A stretch of DNA of 64,000 nt from Entomortierella parvispora E1425 (GCA_020891255.1 BQFW01000005.1:1846512-1910511); one strand, 5' to 3'; positions 25,550 to 38,394 are shown, numbered from the stretch's first letter. Notes: a model not told the origin generated them from the sequence alone. Numbers and translations: made by a program.

Positions 25550-27044
25550 CACAGTCAGCAAGTTGGGGGGCCGCACCAAGTTCATGGCTCTGGCCCGTAT
25601 CCCAAAAACGTGCCCCTAATCATGACAAAAGTGCTCACATCCCCGATACTGTACCCTGGTTGCCTCCTCATACCAAAACCAAAACTCTGTTGCTCCGTCC
25701 GCTCTTGTACATATATCTTCCGATACAGATGAAGCGGACCCTCTATAGTTGTTTCGCTGGCACCTGGTGTACATGTACCTCTGTCAAAGTTGACAAAAAA
25801 AAGATTTAATTCACTAACGAAACGGTTAATGGATAAAAAAGTGGGCCGGTTTACATGGGTTTGGCACGGGGACCATCTGGGACCCACTTTGAGGTGATGA
25901 TGCCCCCGGATCCAAGCCAGATACCGCTTCCCGACGGCATCATCTGAAAGTTGCAGCTGAGAACGACCTAGATCCAAGGTACCGGGGCCCCAGCTCTTGA
26001 CCTTGCCACCGAAAAAGTGCTCCAAGTGTGGGGTCAACGCTCAACAAGAAAACTTTTGACAAACTTTGAAGTGATGATGCTCGAGATCACGACTAGGATC
26101 CCGGGTTCCAGATACCATGGCTCGAAAGGGGCACCTAAGGAGTACCTCGATCCAAAGAACCAGGGAGTCAGCTTTTGATCTTGCCACCGAAAAAGTCCAA
26201 GGTAACGGTTCAAAATTTACATAGGTTTAGCATGGAGGACCACCTGGGATCACCTTAATCTCACGACGATCCCCGATCTAGGCCAGATACCGGGTTCCCA
26301 ATGGCATCACCAGAAAGATACAGCTGTGGACGAGCTAGAACAAAGGTGGCAAGGTCCAGGACCCTGACTTTTTCACAGAAAAGGTCCTCCGAGTGATGGG
26401 GGCCGACCTTTTTTTTTTTTCTGTAGTTTTTTTTTGAGTGTGTTTTTGCAGGCTTGCATGGCTCTAGACGCCCGTTGGACATGGTTCTAGCCAGATAGAA
26501 CATAACGGTTGGTGGCAAGGCGCGAAACGTTGGTGGCAAGGCTTGGTGGCAAGACACGAAAGGTTGGTGTCAAGGCGCGCATGGTTGGTGGCAAGACAAG
26601 AGAGTTGGTGGCGAGTTGATGACGCGCTGTGGGCTCGCTCTGGGGTTCTGTGTGTCGAATCCATTGCAAACCTTTTTTTTTTTTTTTTTTTTTGACGTGG
26701 TTGTTCAAAGTAGATCATATGGCGATACAAGCTTCGCTACATGGGCTGGTTGCAGGCAGCAACAGGCGGAATCAAAACAAAAGAACAAGGGGACAGTTCT
26801 TTGCAGTGGTTGTCCAAGGTAGATCATAAACTTGTTGGTAGCAAGCGGCAGCAAAACAAAAGACAAGACAAATGATCAGTTTTTTGCAGTGGTTGCAGTG
26901 GTGGTCCAAGGTAGATCGTATGGCGGTACAAACTAGGATACATGGAGTGATAGCACGCGGTAGTAAGCAGCAGCAAAACGAAGGAACAAGGGTCTATAAC
27001 CTATGAAGAGTGTGCAGTGGGGAGAGCAAAAAAAAAAAAAAAAA
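25550..27044 (-). repeat. Dispersed copy of the 5S-downstream cassette (IGS1-like subrepeats, GTTGGTGGCAAG array, about 400-bp block)
   Basis: 26650-27044 aligns almost colinearly with 51520-51913; 25850-26460 resembles the subrepeats at 49850-50330 and 50790-51180 (e.g. GACCTTGCCACCGAAAAAG). Confidence 0.88.
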
Positions 27045-27164
27045 AATTACAGCACACAGTATTCCCATGAAGTCCCCCACCATATAGTGCTGACTCCGCC
27101 ATCGACTGTTTAACTGCGCAGATCGGACGGGATGCGGTGGGTTTAGTTTTGTATGGCCGTAATT
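27045..27164 (-). pseudogene. 5S rRNA, diverged orphan copy (probable pseudogene)
   Basis: Reverse complement AATTACGGCCATAC...GTGCTGTAATT followed by a T-run. Versus the copies at 50508/51914 it has about 7 substitutions and a 2-nt insertion in the internal control region. Confidence 0.85.
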
Positions 27165-27799
27165 TGTTCATATAGCGACAACCCTTTTCATATACCGCCT
27201 TTTTTTTTCTTTTTTTTTTCTTGTCAAAGAATCCCTCGCAGGAACGAGAAGTTTATTGTCTTTGTTAATTGTAAGTACACATGCATTGCGCATGCTTCAC
27301 CCACGGGGATGAGAGTCACCCCGTAGTCGGCTAGACCTCTTGCTGGGAAAACGAGGCGCTCTGGCTTCAAATACGGACTTTGACAAATGGGTTACTGAGG
27401 CAACTATGGGATCGAGGGCTTATTGGGTGCATGGGTAAAAAGTCCGCAAAGACTTTAAAATAATAGCGATGTATTGATGGCTTTCCACAGGCTAAGATTT
27501 AGGTGTGCGCTACCCAATCTCCAGCTGGTTCTCAGGTCTCGCCAGCCTGCAGTCCCTTCCCCCCTAAGCACTCTCCTCCAAAACACCCCATGACTAGGAG
27601 TTGGAAAAAACTTGATACACCGCAATGTTGCATGGCAACCAGGAACTGATAGTCCCTATCCGAGAAACGTCCGAGAAAACAATAGTTGCTAAGAGGGAAA
27701 TCAGTGTGTCGAATGAAAGAGGAGAAAAATGACTCGCGAGTACGGCCGCGTTAAGCCTAGTTACTGTCCACAGCCGGTGGATAAAAGCGAAATGTATCT

Positions 27800-29490
27800 C
27801 GATATCACAAGGGTATCACCAATTTTACCAGCGGAAGGATCGTCAAACCAGGCATCAAGAAGTAAGGCACATTCCCCTGGCTCCTCTTGACAAGGCCACA
27901 TAAAAGGAATGTGGGTTGTCATGAGGGACCGGAGAATGCCAGTCTGAATGGACGGAAGGTTCGCTTTGAGGACAGGGCCTGATGAAAACAAGAAGAAAAG
28001 TGCGGAAATCGGTTGGCGCCACCCAAGAGTTCGCTTCGTGGATACAAGGGGCACGAAGGATTACCAAAGAGGGTACACCGGCGTGGTGCAGAAAGCACGT
28101 TAGGATAGTCTTCAATTGGGCAAGCAGGGCGTCCAAAGTGGCGGCCCCAGGCGCTTACAAATACAGTAGAATATAATAAACCTCCCACGCTTGCGAGGGA
28201 CCTTCGACAAGGAAAAAAATCTGTTCTATGTAGCTAGATAGAACCTGGAACGCCAGGCCAGATGTCTACGGCAGTGGGAGACGCATGCCCTTAGCCCATA
28301 TTGTTACTTGAGGCCAGAGAATAGACCTCTGAACGGACAGAAAGGACAAAACTTGATCGAAACAAGAAAAAAAGAGCAGTTTCTCACAGTTTCTCGTGCG
28401 CCGTGTGTGCAAGTCTCTGCGTAGATCGGTTGCCGGCACCTATAGGGTCGCCATTCAGGAGGGCAGTTGCCTGAAGCACTTGCGGGTAGTTATCACTTGG
28501 GTAGCGGGCGTACAAAAAACATGTTTCTAGCTTGGTAGCGGCTGTGTCAAGGCGCAAAGTGGTCGCTTCTCGAAAGGAGTGGTTACCTGGGTGGTGCGCA
28601 AGCACTTTGGGCTTGGGTAGCAGGCGTACAAAGCTCTCTCTTTTCTCTCTTCGACCACAAAAAGAAAAAAACGCGGTTCTAGCTTGGGAAAAGGTGGTAG
28701 CGGTTGGTTCCGAGTTGCAAAAGGTTGGTAACATGGCACAAAAGGTTGCAGGTGCTCTGTGTGTTTGTTTTGTAGTGCCGAGCGCGAGTGTTGTGGGTGT
28801 TTGGAGTGATACAGATAGTAGATACAGATAGTAGATACAGATAGTAGATACAGATAGTACAAAGCCTTTGTTTGCAGCGGTTGTCCAAGTTAGATCGTGT
28901 GTCTCTTGAAACCTGGTTGGAGTAAGTTGTAGCAAATTGCAGCAGTTAGAGGCGTTGGATGTTAATGTTCACTGGAGCAGGCTCCAATGCCTCGTATTGA
29001 ATGCCTTCAAAGACCACAGGTTGCTCCAGAGCTTTTCTGTGGCTGGCATGAGATTTGAAAGAAATGGCGAGGCAGCGGCCCATTCCTTCCACGTTGGAGG
29101 GTACCGCAATAAAGACTTTGCCGACTTGGGATTGTACCTCCTTGGAGAACAATATGGGGAGTACATGAGGTATGCCGAGGTAAGTGACAGCTGGGCGGGA
29201 GAAAGAGGCTGCCGGGACCTTGCCCACAGTTGCATATCTCCCCAGGGTGTCATCCTGGTACACCAGGGTGTTGAAAGTTTTGATGGATTTCTGGCCCCGG
29301 GCAGCATCCGCATAGCCAGTACGGGGAGGGCCTGGGCGTCGAGACGGGGGAGGATCATTGGTATGCAGAAGGGGGTTGGTAGTAGAGGTGCCGTTTCGCG
29401 AGCTATTAGTCACCATGGGAGGAAGGAAAGAGTCAAAGGGCAGGAAAGACATAGTAACACCTGAATTCCTTAACAACCTCAACCCCTCCA
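27800..29490 (-). mobile_element. Possible non-LTR retrotransposon ORF1 (gag-like) remnant, interrupted
   Basis: PPRTGYADAARG followed by the RRM-like LAISFKSHASHRKALEQPVVFEGIQYEAL (28946-29490); further frameshifted pieces at 27800-28140 (LVILRAPCIHEANSW; NLPSIQ...FMWPCQEEPGEC). Resemblance judged by eye only. Confidence 0.35.
28808..28859. repeat. 13-bp tandem repeat (GATACAGATAGTA)x4
   Basis: Direct reading of the sequence. Confidence 0.95.
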
Positions 29491-29832
29491 TTGATTTTCT
29501 CACGGCATCTGTTAGTTTCAGTGGTGTGCGAGCGAAGCCTCGGTTCACGCTGTTAAAAAAAATATAAAAAAACTGGCTTATAAAAAAAATGTCTGTGCTT
29601 GCCGTTCGTAACAGCAGGATCGACAGAAAGAGCAATCTCGATAGTATGACTCAATCAATGTTGTTAGACTGCCCTGAAGAAACAAGAATTCTAAAACGGC
29701 AAGCGAAGATACAGCGCTGAGCAGGGCAAGAGCTGAGAACAAGGTCAGGCATATCTATATTAGAGGGGTATAGCTTTATTATTGTCTAATTTTCTAAAAT
29801 TATCAACTGCGCCTCATTCACCAGCCGTCACT

Positions 29833-32079
29833 TTAGATCGATGTCATCGATGTACCGGAATCACTTCTCATTATGTACGGTGCCTTCTTTCGCCGCTCCA
29901 TCCGAACGATACAGGTTCCTTCGTCTGGACCGGGTCTAGCCTCAAAGATATCGTCGTCAAGCTCCGGGGTAACCCTCTCCATTTCGTAATTAAGGACCAA
30001 GGCGGCTAGGGCTAGGCGCAGACTCATCATGGCGAACCCTTTGCCCACGCAGTTCTTCGAACCTGCTGAGAATGGGTAGAAAACTTTATCTATGACAGGT
30101 GGGAATGGCGATTCACCGGGCAACCAGCGCTCTGGGATGAACTTGTGAGCTTGTGGAAAGTACTCTTCCGACCAATGAAGTTGAGGGTAGTTCGCTAATA
30201 GGACTAAAGCAGTAAGTAAGGAAAGAAACAATCAGTACAACCAAGTGGACAAAGAAAATCAGCGTTTTCCTTCAACTTACTGGTTCCTTTTGGAAAGAAG
30301 TATCCACTGATTGTCATATCCTCATTCACTTCCCTTGGGATTCCTATCGCAGAGTCAGCATATGTTAGTGCATTACCCTACCCCTATGTAAGAAGCAACT
30401 GCAATCACATCTTCTTTCTGAAAAGTCGTGCTGTACCGGTTGGAACAATTGGATGAATACGGAGGGTCTCGTTGATACATGCGTTGAAGTACGGGAGTAG
30501 ACTGATCTGGTCAAGGGAAGGCAAAGCACCGCCATCATTACTAGCTGTGGCGAAATCGAGCTCCTCTCGTAGCCTGGCAAACTTGGCCGGGTTCTTTGCC
30601 AGAAACATTAACGTATAGCCCATTATCGAAGCTGCGGTGTCAGCTCCAGCAACTCTAGAAGGAAGAAATGCTGGGACATTTAAGTTAATCAAGGAAAGTT
30701 ACAAATTAGCTGCTGATCAAATTTCTTGAGCAAAAGTGTATTTTACAAGAAGACGGCGCATTCCGTCGCAATGGCCTTGTCCGTGAGCTTTAACGAGACC
30801 ATGTCCTCATATTCATATCCAGCTTTTCCACTGCCTCTTTCGCGCTCCTTCTGCTGAGCCTTCAAGAGATGATGCAATATGTCCGGATTTCCTTTTGAGT
30901 TGGTTGCATTCCTCTCCGCAATCTTCTCGTAAATAAAGTCGAAAAACGAGAAGTCCAGCGGCGGCAGTACGTATTTCAACCATGGTGTAAAATGATTAAT
31001 CGCGCAGCCCTTCAATGTCTTAGCGATCAGTTCCGGTACTGGGTGTGTTCCTTCTTTGACCATATGAAAAGTCTTGCCAAACGCTAGTTCCCCGATGGTG
31101 TCCACCGAAAAGCAGATACTGAGATAGCCAATATCGATATGGCCTTTTGGCAGGACGGTTCTATGCTTGACAACGCCAGGGTTGCTGACGATCTCGTCAA
31201 TCTTCTGCAGCAAGATTTGAGTACACTCATGTAGAATAGGCTCAAGCGAGCGGAGGTGTTTCAAACTAAATGCAGGTGAAATATGTCGGCGCTACTTGTT
31301 GCCAATTGAACAATAACAAACCGGAAACGATGGTTAGATAATTGGCAGGTATCACTGCAGATAGGACGGCGCAGAATAACTGACGGAGCGTAGAACTGTC
31401 TCGTACCCTGGCCTTATGAAAGTCCTTACTGGGGGTGGAAAACATGTTTTGCTGCCCGTCAAAGTCGAACGCCCGATGAATAACTTCAGTCCTTGGTAAG
31501 TCAATCGTTACCAAAATCTATAGACATGTCTCATTAGACTTGCTCAATTCTGCGGATTTAAAATACAGATGGTTGACATGCAGGCATCTAAGGATGGGTC
31601 CTTACTTCATGAATCATGTCTTTGTCCGCAACGGATACGAGATCGGTGCCGATCCTAACAACCTTCCCATATCTCTTATGGTAGAGCGGCAAAATATGCT
31701 GGGCGCGTCCACAGAGGGTAGCAGCAGCTACTGGCAAGTAAGACGAAGCTAAAACATTGTTTCCGGGAAGTTGCGACAGCGGATGGAAAAAGGCATTGGA
31801 TACCAGCTGTCAAATAGTAGGATTGTACAGCGAGAGATATATTTGTGGAAGTCAGTGATTGTTGCTTCATGGTTGACAGCTGACCCTGAGTAGAGGCAAT
31901 GCAAGACAAAGCCAATGTACCCTCGCGACACGACGCATGAGCCACAGACTGACAACAATCCAGAGTATATCGCGTGGTTTCTGAATGAGGACGCGATTGT
32001 TGCTGGACTTCGTGCAGAAGAGTTTGACAAACTGCATCAGGTCTGTTGAAATAGATGCAAGTCTAGAGAATGTCGCCAT
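29833..32079 (-). CDS. Cytochrome P450, multi-exon
   Basis: KAR|RRHISPAFSLKHL (C-helix), VAGADTAAS (I-helix AGxDT), NETLR (ExxR), FIPERW, heme motif FSAGSKNCVG; ATG 32079, stop 29833. Confidence 0.92.
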
Positions 32080-32869
32080 TGCGTATAAATATGATATCGA
32101 GGTACGTTGCAGTTACACCGAATACGGGTTATGGAGTGATGGCTGTTGATTTGGTCAACCGTGTGGATGGTGGATCAGGAGCTTGTGTAAATTACAGAAG
32201 TAATAAAACGGTGTCTGGCGGATATGTTTATAAATCGCTTTTTTGAACAGTCACAGGCACTGGGCGAAAGATTGATGTCTTCTTGCCCCAATATCGAGAG
32301 GCATTCTAATTGTGCATTGAGCCAGCCTCTTAACCTCAACAACAGGGTTGTGGCATATTCCAATTCGTTTTGGAACCGATATGCTGTATCCCGTGTGGAT
32401 TCTGAGTTCAGCTCAGAATGGGAATCGGTCATCACGTGACTAATTCTGGCGAGGTAGGCCAACATACACATGGCTCGTTCCATTCGCAATCGACAGTCCT
32501 ACAACTACTATAGTGCACCCTCCTGGATGGCGTCCCTCCAACCAAGCCAAAAGGAGGACGATTGGACCATTACCGATCGAGATATGATCGGCGCACCTAA
32601 AAGAGAAAACTCGTAGGAACGGGGGGGAGCAGCCTGCCCACATACCCACATACACGCCTGTGATTTATAGGGGCAAAGATCTACTCTCGATACTGTATGA
32701 ACATCCATTGTCTGGTCACGATTCTCTTGCTTCGTGGCGTGTCAGACGTAATTCTACCAAAGGTGCTCCTGCTTACGATCTCATCCTTCATTCAATCGTA
32801 CAGTGAGAAAACATACTCAGAGTCTGACAATCCTGGGGAACACTCAGGTGAGGTGGCCAGGGGAGGCGC

Positions 32870-33590
32870 CTACCTTGTCAGGGAAGGGAATCCAAAGCAG
32901 CAGCTTGTCGAGTCTGAATAGACAAAAAAAAAAAAGGTTCGCCACTAACCAGAGTTAGACTCGTGTCCCGACATGGAGTTACATTGAGCTGGATCGAGGT
33001 CCATGGAATGAAGGTTTACCTTGTCATCTGTCATATGGAGGAGCTCCTATAACCGTCAGGGATGGGAATTAAAGGCGGCAGGTTGATCCTGAAAAGATAA
33101 AAAAAAAGATTCGCCACTACCCAGAGTTAGACTCGTGTCGTACAAGGAATGAAGGTCTTTACCTTGTAGTTTGTTGTACATAGACAACAGTCAGGAACGG
33201 GGATCCAAGGCAGCAGCTTGAATGATAAAAATAAAAGGACCGCCACCAACCAGACTTAGACTCGTGTCCGACATGGGGTTCCATTGAGCTGGATCAGAGG
33301 TCCAACCTGCAAGGAATGATGGTCAAAAGGTCAGAGGAGGTGCTTACCTTGTCGTCGGCGGTCAGGGAAGCGAATCCAAGGCAACAGCTTGATCCTGGGT
33401 CTGTTAAGATAAAAAAAAAAACGGTTCGCCCCCAAACAGTTAAACTCGGGTCGTACGTGGAGTTTCATTCATCTGGATCAAAGCTATATGTAGGCAGGAA
33501 TGGAGGTCAAGAGGTCAGGAGAGATGCTTACCTTGTGGTCTTTGTACACAGATCTCTTAAAAGAGTCAGGGATGAGGATCCAAGGCAGCG
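32870..33590 (-). repeat. Four to five degenerate tandem units of about 150-190 bp, each resembling intron + micro-exon
   Basis: Recurring CGCCAC(T/C)AACCAGA(G/C)TTAGACTCGTGTC, TTACCTTGT and GATCCAAGGCA blocks on the + strand. Confidence 0.7.
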
Positions 33591-34880
33591 AAGGAAGTAG
33601 CTGGTCCCAGTTCGACTGTTTATTGTAAACGAAGGCCCGTGACATAGTCTTCAGTCTTGTTCATAAACTCTGTCTGTCCATCCGTTTGTGGGTGATAGGC
33701 CGTAGACAGGGCTAGCTTCACAACCAGCAGTCTGTGCAATCCTACCAGAATCTGCTGGTAAAACGTGTGTCGCGGTCGCAGATGATGGACGTGAGGAGGC
33801 CATGCAACTTGCCGATATTGTCGAAGAACTGGTGAGCGACATCGACAGTGTGGCGGAAGTGGTGCTGGGGACAAAGTGTTCGAGCTTGGTGAGCTTGTCG
33901 ACAAAGACCGTTATGGCGTTGAAGTTGAGGGCAGTGGGTGGAAGAGGGCCGATGCAAGTCCATGGTGAAGACGTCACAGCGCTGAGAGAGGATGGGGAGG
34001 GGTTGCAACAGTCCTGCGGGGCGCTCCTGAGATCCTTTGTAGCTCTGGAACTTTTCGCAAGTGGCAACGCATTGCTGGTCCTCGACGATGTGCGGCCAAC
34101 ACAAAGCGGCGCAGGTTGTCGTAGATCATCTAAAAGTAAAAGTGTCCGGCGGTGGCAGAGTCATGGGCGTCCTGCAAGAGAGTAAGACAGACGGGAGAGT
34201 GCCGAGGTATAGCTAGAGGTAGTAGCTCCTAGTCGAGCGAAGTAGAGGAGGTCGTTCTCGTATCGATATCCACTGACAACCCTTTCTTCCAGGTAGTCCT
34301 TATAGATAGGTCCGTGCGAGGGTCGCTCTCGTAGTCCTGCACAAGCTGGTAGCGGATGACGGAGGATAGGGATAGACTGAGGTTGTGGAGCTCAATGGAG
34401 ATTCAGGTCGTGGCACTCCCGTAGGCGCGAGAGAGCGTCGGGCACAACCATGTCGACTCCTTGTTTGCAGAAGTCAAAGTCGTGCTCCTGCAACAACCAT
34501 ACAGTAAGCCTGTAGACGAATGTAGTATGGACAGTGTTGATGGTGAATTTGGATTAATTCCGCCCTGTATTAATGGCAAAGCCAGATGCATCCGCATCTG
34601 AGGCCAGGGTCGACTATGTGGATGACGAGGACGGAGCAGATGGCGATCCGGATGAATGCAACTTGCTGTTGGTCGGTCCATGTGAAGGTCAGTCCATGTC
34701 CATGTCCATGCGAGTGTTGTCGGCGAGGAGGGAGGAAAAGACAGAAAAAAGAACCAGGGAGAGGAGCTAAAATGAAACTGAATCGCACAAAAAAACAAAG
34801 ATTTGATCCCGTCCCTGGCGCAACAACAGTCATTGCGTCCATTCTTTCTGCGCGACCGTGTCGATCTCAACTCCTACAGG
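33590..34880 (-). mobile_element. Second copy of the deleted Ty3/chromovirus element (truncated)
   Basis: Colinear with 18290-19628: STAYHPQTDGQTEFMNKT, PAGLLQPLP, DALSRL, DASGFAI; same CTCAACTCCTAC primer-site segment at about 34865-34877. Confidence 0.88.
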
Positions 34881-35029
34881 ACATCGTTCTTCCATCAACT
34901 CCTGCATCGCTCTTCCATCTTGCCTCCACCCATCCCCATGTGCATGCCTTCCTCAAACCCCGGATCGATCTACTCTGAATAGACTACCCTTCGCTCCTCT
35001 CCTGACCTCTTGTCCTTCATTCCTTGCAA

Positions 35030-37290
35030 AATGCGCGCACTGCCCTTGCACCCACGTCAAACGTTCTTTCTGTGGCCCTTTCTGGCGCGGCCACGCGTTG
35101 CATGCACGAGCTTCCTTTGTTGGCTCTCTTTCTCATTGCATGCATACCCTCGCCCTTGCTCCGTCTTCGTCTGGTCTACCCTTGCTGCCTTTTATCGTCC
35201 TTTTGTAACACTACACAACGGAGAAGGTACGCAGGAGGTCTTTGGGCCAGTGATGTCATTCAATTGAAGTTTGCTCATGTTATTAATGATGGCCAATGCT
35301 TTTGTTCGATGCCTGTGGACATTTCGAAAAGGACTACAAGCAACCACGACAATGAGGACATTTCGGGGTTACATTTCAAGCCGAGTCGATTGTCACAGAG
35401 TCTCAGAGTTGGTCATGGGTTCATTTCAGCTCGAGGTCGTTTGCATCGCTCCAGGGGTACGTTGGCTGGCTTTAGGATTGACTTGAGAGGGATGCTACCA
35501 TCAACTAACATATTGCTGCTATGCATACAGATCCTCCACCGGTGACGACCCTAGTATGGAGCAACTGGAGAGTGTTGGATCAGCACTGTCTATCGAGGGC
35601 CCCAGAGTGTCTCCAGAGCTCCCGACTGGTTTGCTGCCGGACACCCAGGAAGAAGAGGACGATGGCAATGACCATGGCAGCGACAACGAGGAGATCGAAC
35701 AAGCAGCATCTGTCATTGTTGAACAGCTACCGTCACCACCACCTCAACAACAACAACAACGACGCCAACGCCGACGATGGGCATCGCCAGCCCAGCCACC
35801 ACCAGTCCTTCATCGGATGAGATACAGGAGCAGTCCGGAGATTGCTTGGCGTCCACCTGAATAATTTTGTTGCCGGTGCTCCCGGATCCTCTTTCGGGGA
35901 GAGGTGGCTCTCCTGATCGTAGCTGAAGCACTGCAGCTGGACCCTACCTTTGAACTCGGCGCCGTACAGTGGCCATGCTTGCAATACAGAATCGAACCAA
36001 CAAGGAATGGAAACAATCCCACGGCGTGCAAGTCTCACCAGCACCTGTCCCCAAAATCATTGGAATGGGTATGTGTTTCTCTTTTTGTGCAAAAAAACAA
36101 AAACGAAAGGAATCTACGTTATGTTAACTCTCTGTTCGTGTCAAATAAAGGACCTTTGTCAGTGAAAACTGAGTGAACCCTCTACAACGGATGGTTGAGC
36201 ATGGCAGTCTTGTCTTTGAAGAAAACGCTCCAGTGGCGCTCAGAGGGATGTACTGGAACGATTTTCGATACCTGTATCGGGTCAGTCCCTGTCTTTTCCA
36301 TGCGTCAATGGACATGTCTCGATCTACCAATCAAGTTTATCACTCAACTCCAACGTAGGCATGAACTCGTCCGTTCAGGATGCGACAATACCTCCCGCAA
36401 ACCGGAATCGAATCATCATTGCGTGGAACTGGCTCCGTGTCCACGGCGGGAGAATTGTCCGCCTGTACCAGCTATGCCGTACCAATGGGGGAGGGCCCTG
36501 TGGACATTGGGAATGGGCACACCTACTATACTGGGTATCTAGATTTCCTAGGAGTGTTTGGTGTTGGCCTGGATCCAGGCCATCCAGGCCCGAGGGCAGC
36601 GGACATACAGTGGAGAACTTGATCACAGTCGTGATATGGGGGATGACATATAAATGATCTTGAAGAGTCCCACGCTGATGCTCAATCTACTCTCCGATCT
36701 CTTTCCGTATGGGCACTGCCACTCTAAGCTGGAACGTTACAGAACAAACCTGCGATAACCTCCAGAGGCGATGCAGCACAAAGCACTTCAATGGAACCTA
36801 AAGTAGGAGATGATATCGTAAACGCTGATGCAGAGGAGGTTCTGGAGTCTGAGCCATCTCATCTTTTAAACCGGATGCAGACATGGCCAGTCTGGACGTA
36901 GGATCAAAGCGAGGATGCCGCTATCGACAGTGACCATGACGACTATGACGACTATGACGACCATGACGACCATGATGCTGATATGTATGTGGATGTGGAT
37001 GTTGAAGAGAATGAGCAGGCCGGAAAGGCGCAACAATTCAGCATCTATGCAAACTACATATTGCTCTACGTTGATGGACTCTTTGCCTCTAATGCGCGAC
37101 TTATGGGTACTGAATGCGTACTGTATATCCAGAGCGACAAGGGTAGTCCACCACAGCCGGAGATCTCAGAAATAGTAAGTAGTCGAGGCAGCTTTCTGCA
37201 TACTGCCATGAGGGAAGGGAATCTCATGCACTTTCGACGTTTTAACAATGACTTTTCCTTGACAATGTAGAACATCTTCTGAGAACACTT
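35030..37290 (+). mobile_element. Degenerate Helitron, 5' portion (N-terminal Cys/His domain + Rep N-terminus)
   Basis: FCCRCSRILF...LQLDPTFELGAVQWPCLQY...TACKSHQHL, VALRGMYWNDFRYL, LFPYGHCH, RLFASNARL; homologous to 12500-14500 (rc) and 39100-41000 (rc). Confidence 0.85.
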
Positions 37291-37669
37291 TGCACCTTAC
37301 CCAAGCCAATGTCATTCCTGAATTTGACGCGGACAAGCCACGCCGTTGGATGTGGCAATGAAATCATATGCCATACTCCCGTCCTTTATCCTCCAGGTTT
37401 CATACAGTGACCAAGAGCAAGCCGAAAAAGACTACCAAGCCATTCTCGAAGAAAGGGCCATTGACATGAGGACTAGACACAGCTCCAATGGAGCCTTTCC
37501 AGGCTATCGAGAAACTTTGGAGTGAATTCTGGACCCAAAAAGACTGGAAAGACAGAGGAACTTTACTCGATTGGTGGTGCAAGCCTGTACCCTAAAGGCT
37601 GTGGCTCAGCAACACCAGGGCTCACTCGATCACGGCCACAAGGATAAAAAGGCACATATTTTCAGAAAA

Positions 37670-37830
37670 GTTCGACATTCGACATTCGATCCGAATTTGA
37701 TTCGATATATCGAATACTAACAACGCGATTCGACGTGAGACGAATCAGAAAGTGATTCGATTCGACTGATACGATTCGACCGGTATTCGATTCAACAATT
37801 ATCCGATCCGACATTTATTTGATTCGACAG
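37670..37830. repeat. Cluster of TTCGA/ATTCGA short repeats in both orientations
   Basis: About a dozen ATTCGA/TCGAAT-like words within 160 bp. Confidence 0.7.
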
Positions 37831-38394
37831 TTAGTACAGCGCGTGTCCACAATCCTAGCGTCTATGATCCCGCCATTCCGAACCGCTACCACATAGACAC
37901 AGTATATAAAGGGACGAATTAACAGCAGAGGATGGGCACGAGTCGCTCAACGAAACGTTGGTCGATGAGCTCACAATTGAACAAATCGGTATCGAGGACT
38001 CTGAGGCAAAGGTAGCTGAGCAAACCTTGATTCTGCAGGAGAGGGGACAACGTCGTGAGCGAGATTCTTTGTGGACTGTACTGTTCGAGAGCCTTGATCC
38101 AGAACGTAGAGGAGAAGATATTGCCTGCGACTCGTCCAAAAAAAAAAAAAAAAAGAAAAAAAAAAAAAAGGGATATGGAGTGTGCTCTCCTGCTATCACG
38201 AATCCGAAAGAGAGTAGAAGAGCAGAGGAATGCATCGCCCTCCAAGGATGGCGAAGATGGCACCAGAACCCGGATTGTCCAAGGACACCGAAGAACAAGT
38301 CCAGACACAAGAACAAACTATGACAATACGAAGAAGAGGTCTTTGCACAAACACAGCATCGAACCAATATGTAGAATCTCCTCTCTGGGCTACA

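Noticed and set aside
27045-27164. SINE3 (5S-derived retro-SINE) interpretation of the orphan 5S
   Set aside because: Full-length 5S with its own terminator and more than 1 kb of untranscribed downstream spacer; no retro tail or TSD, so a DNA-level event
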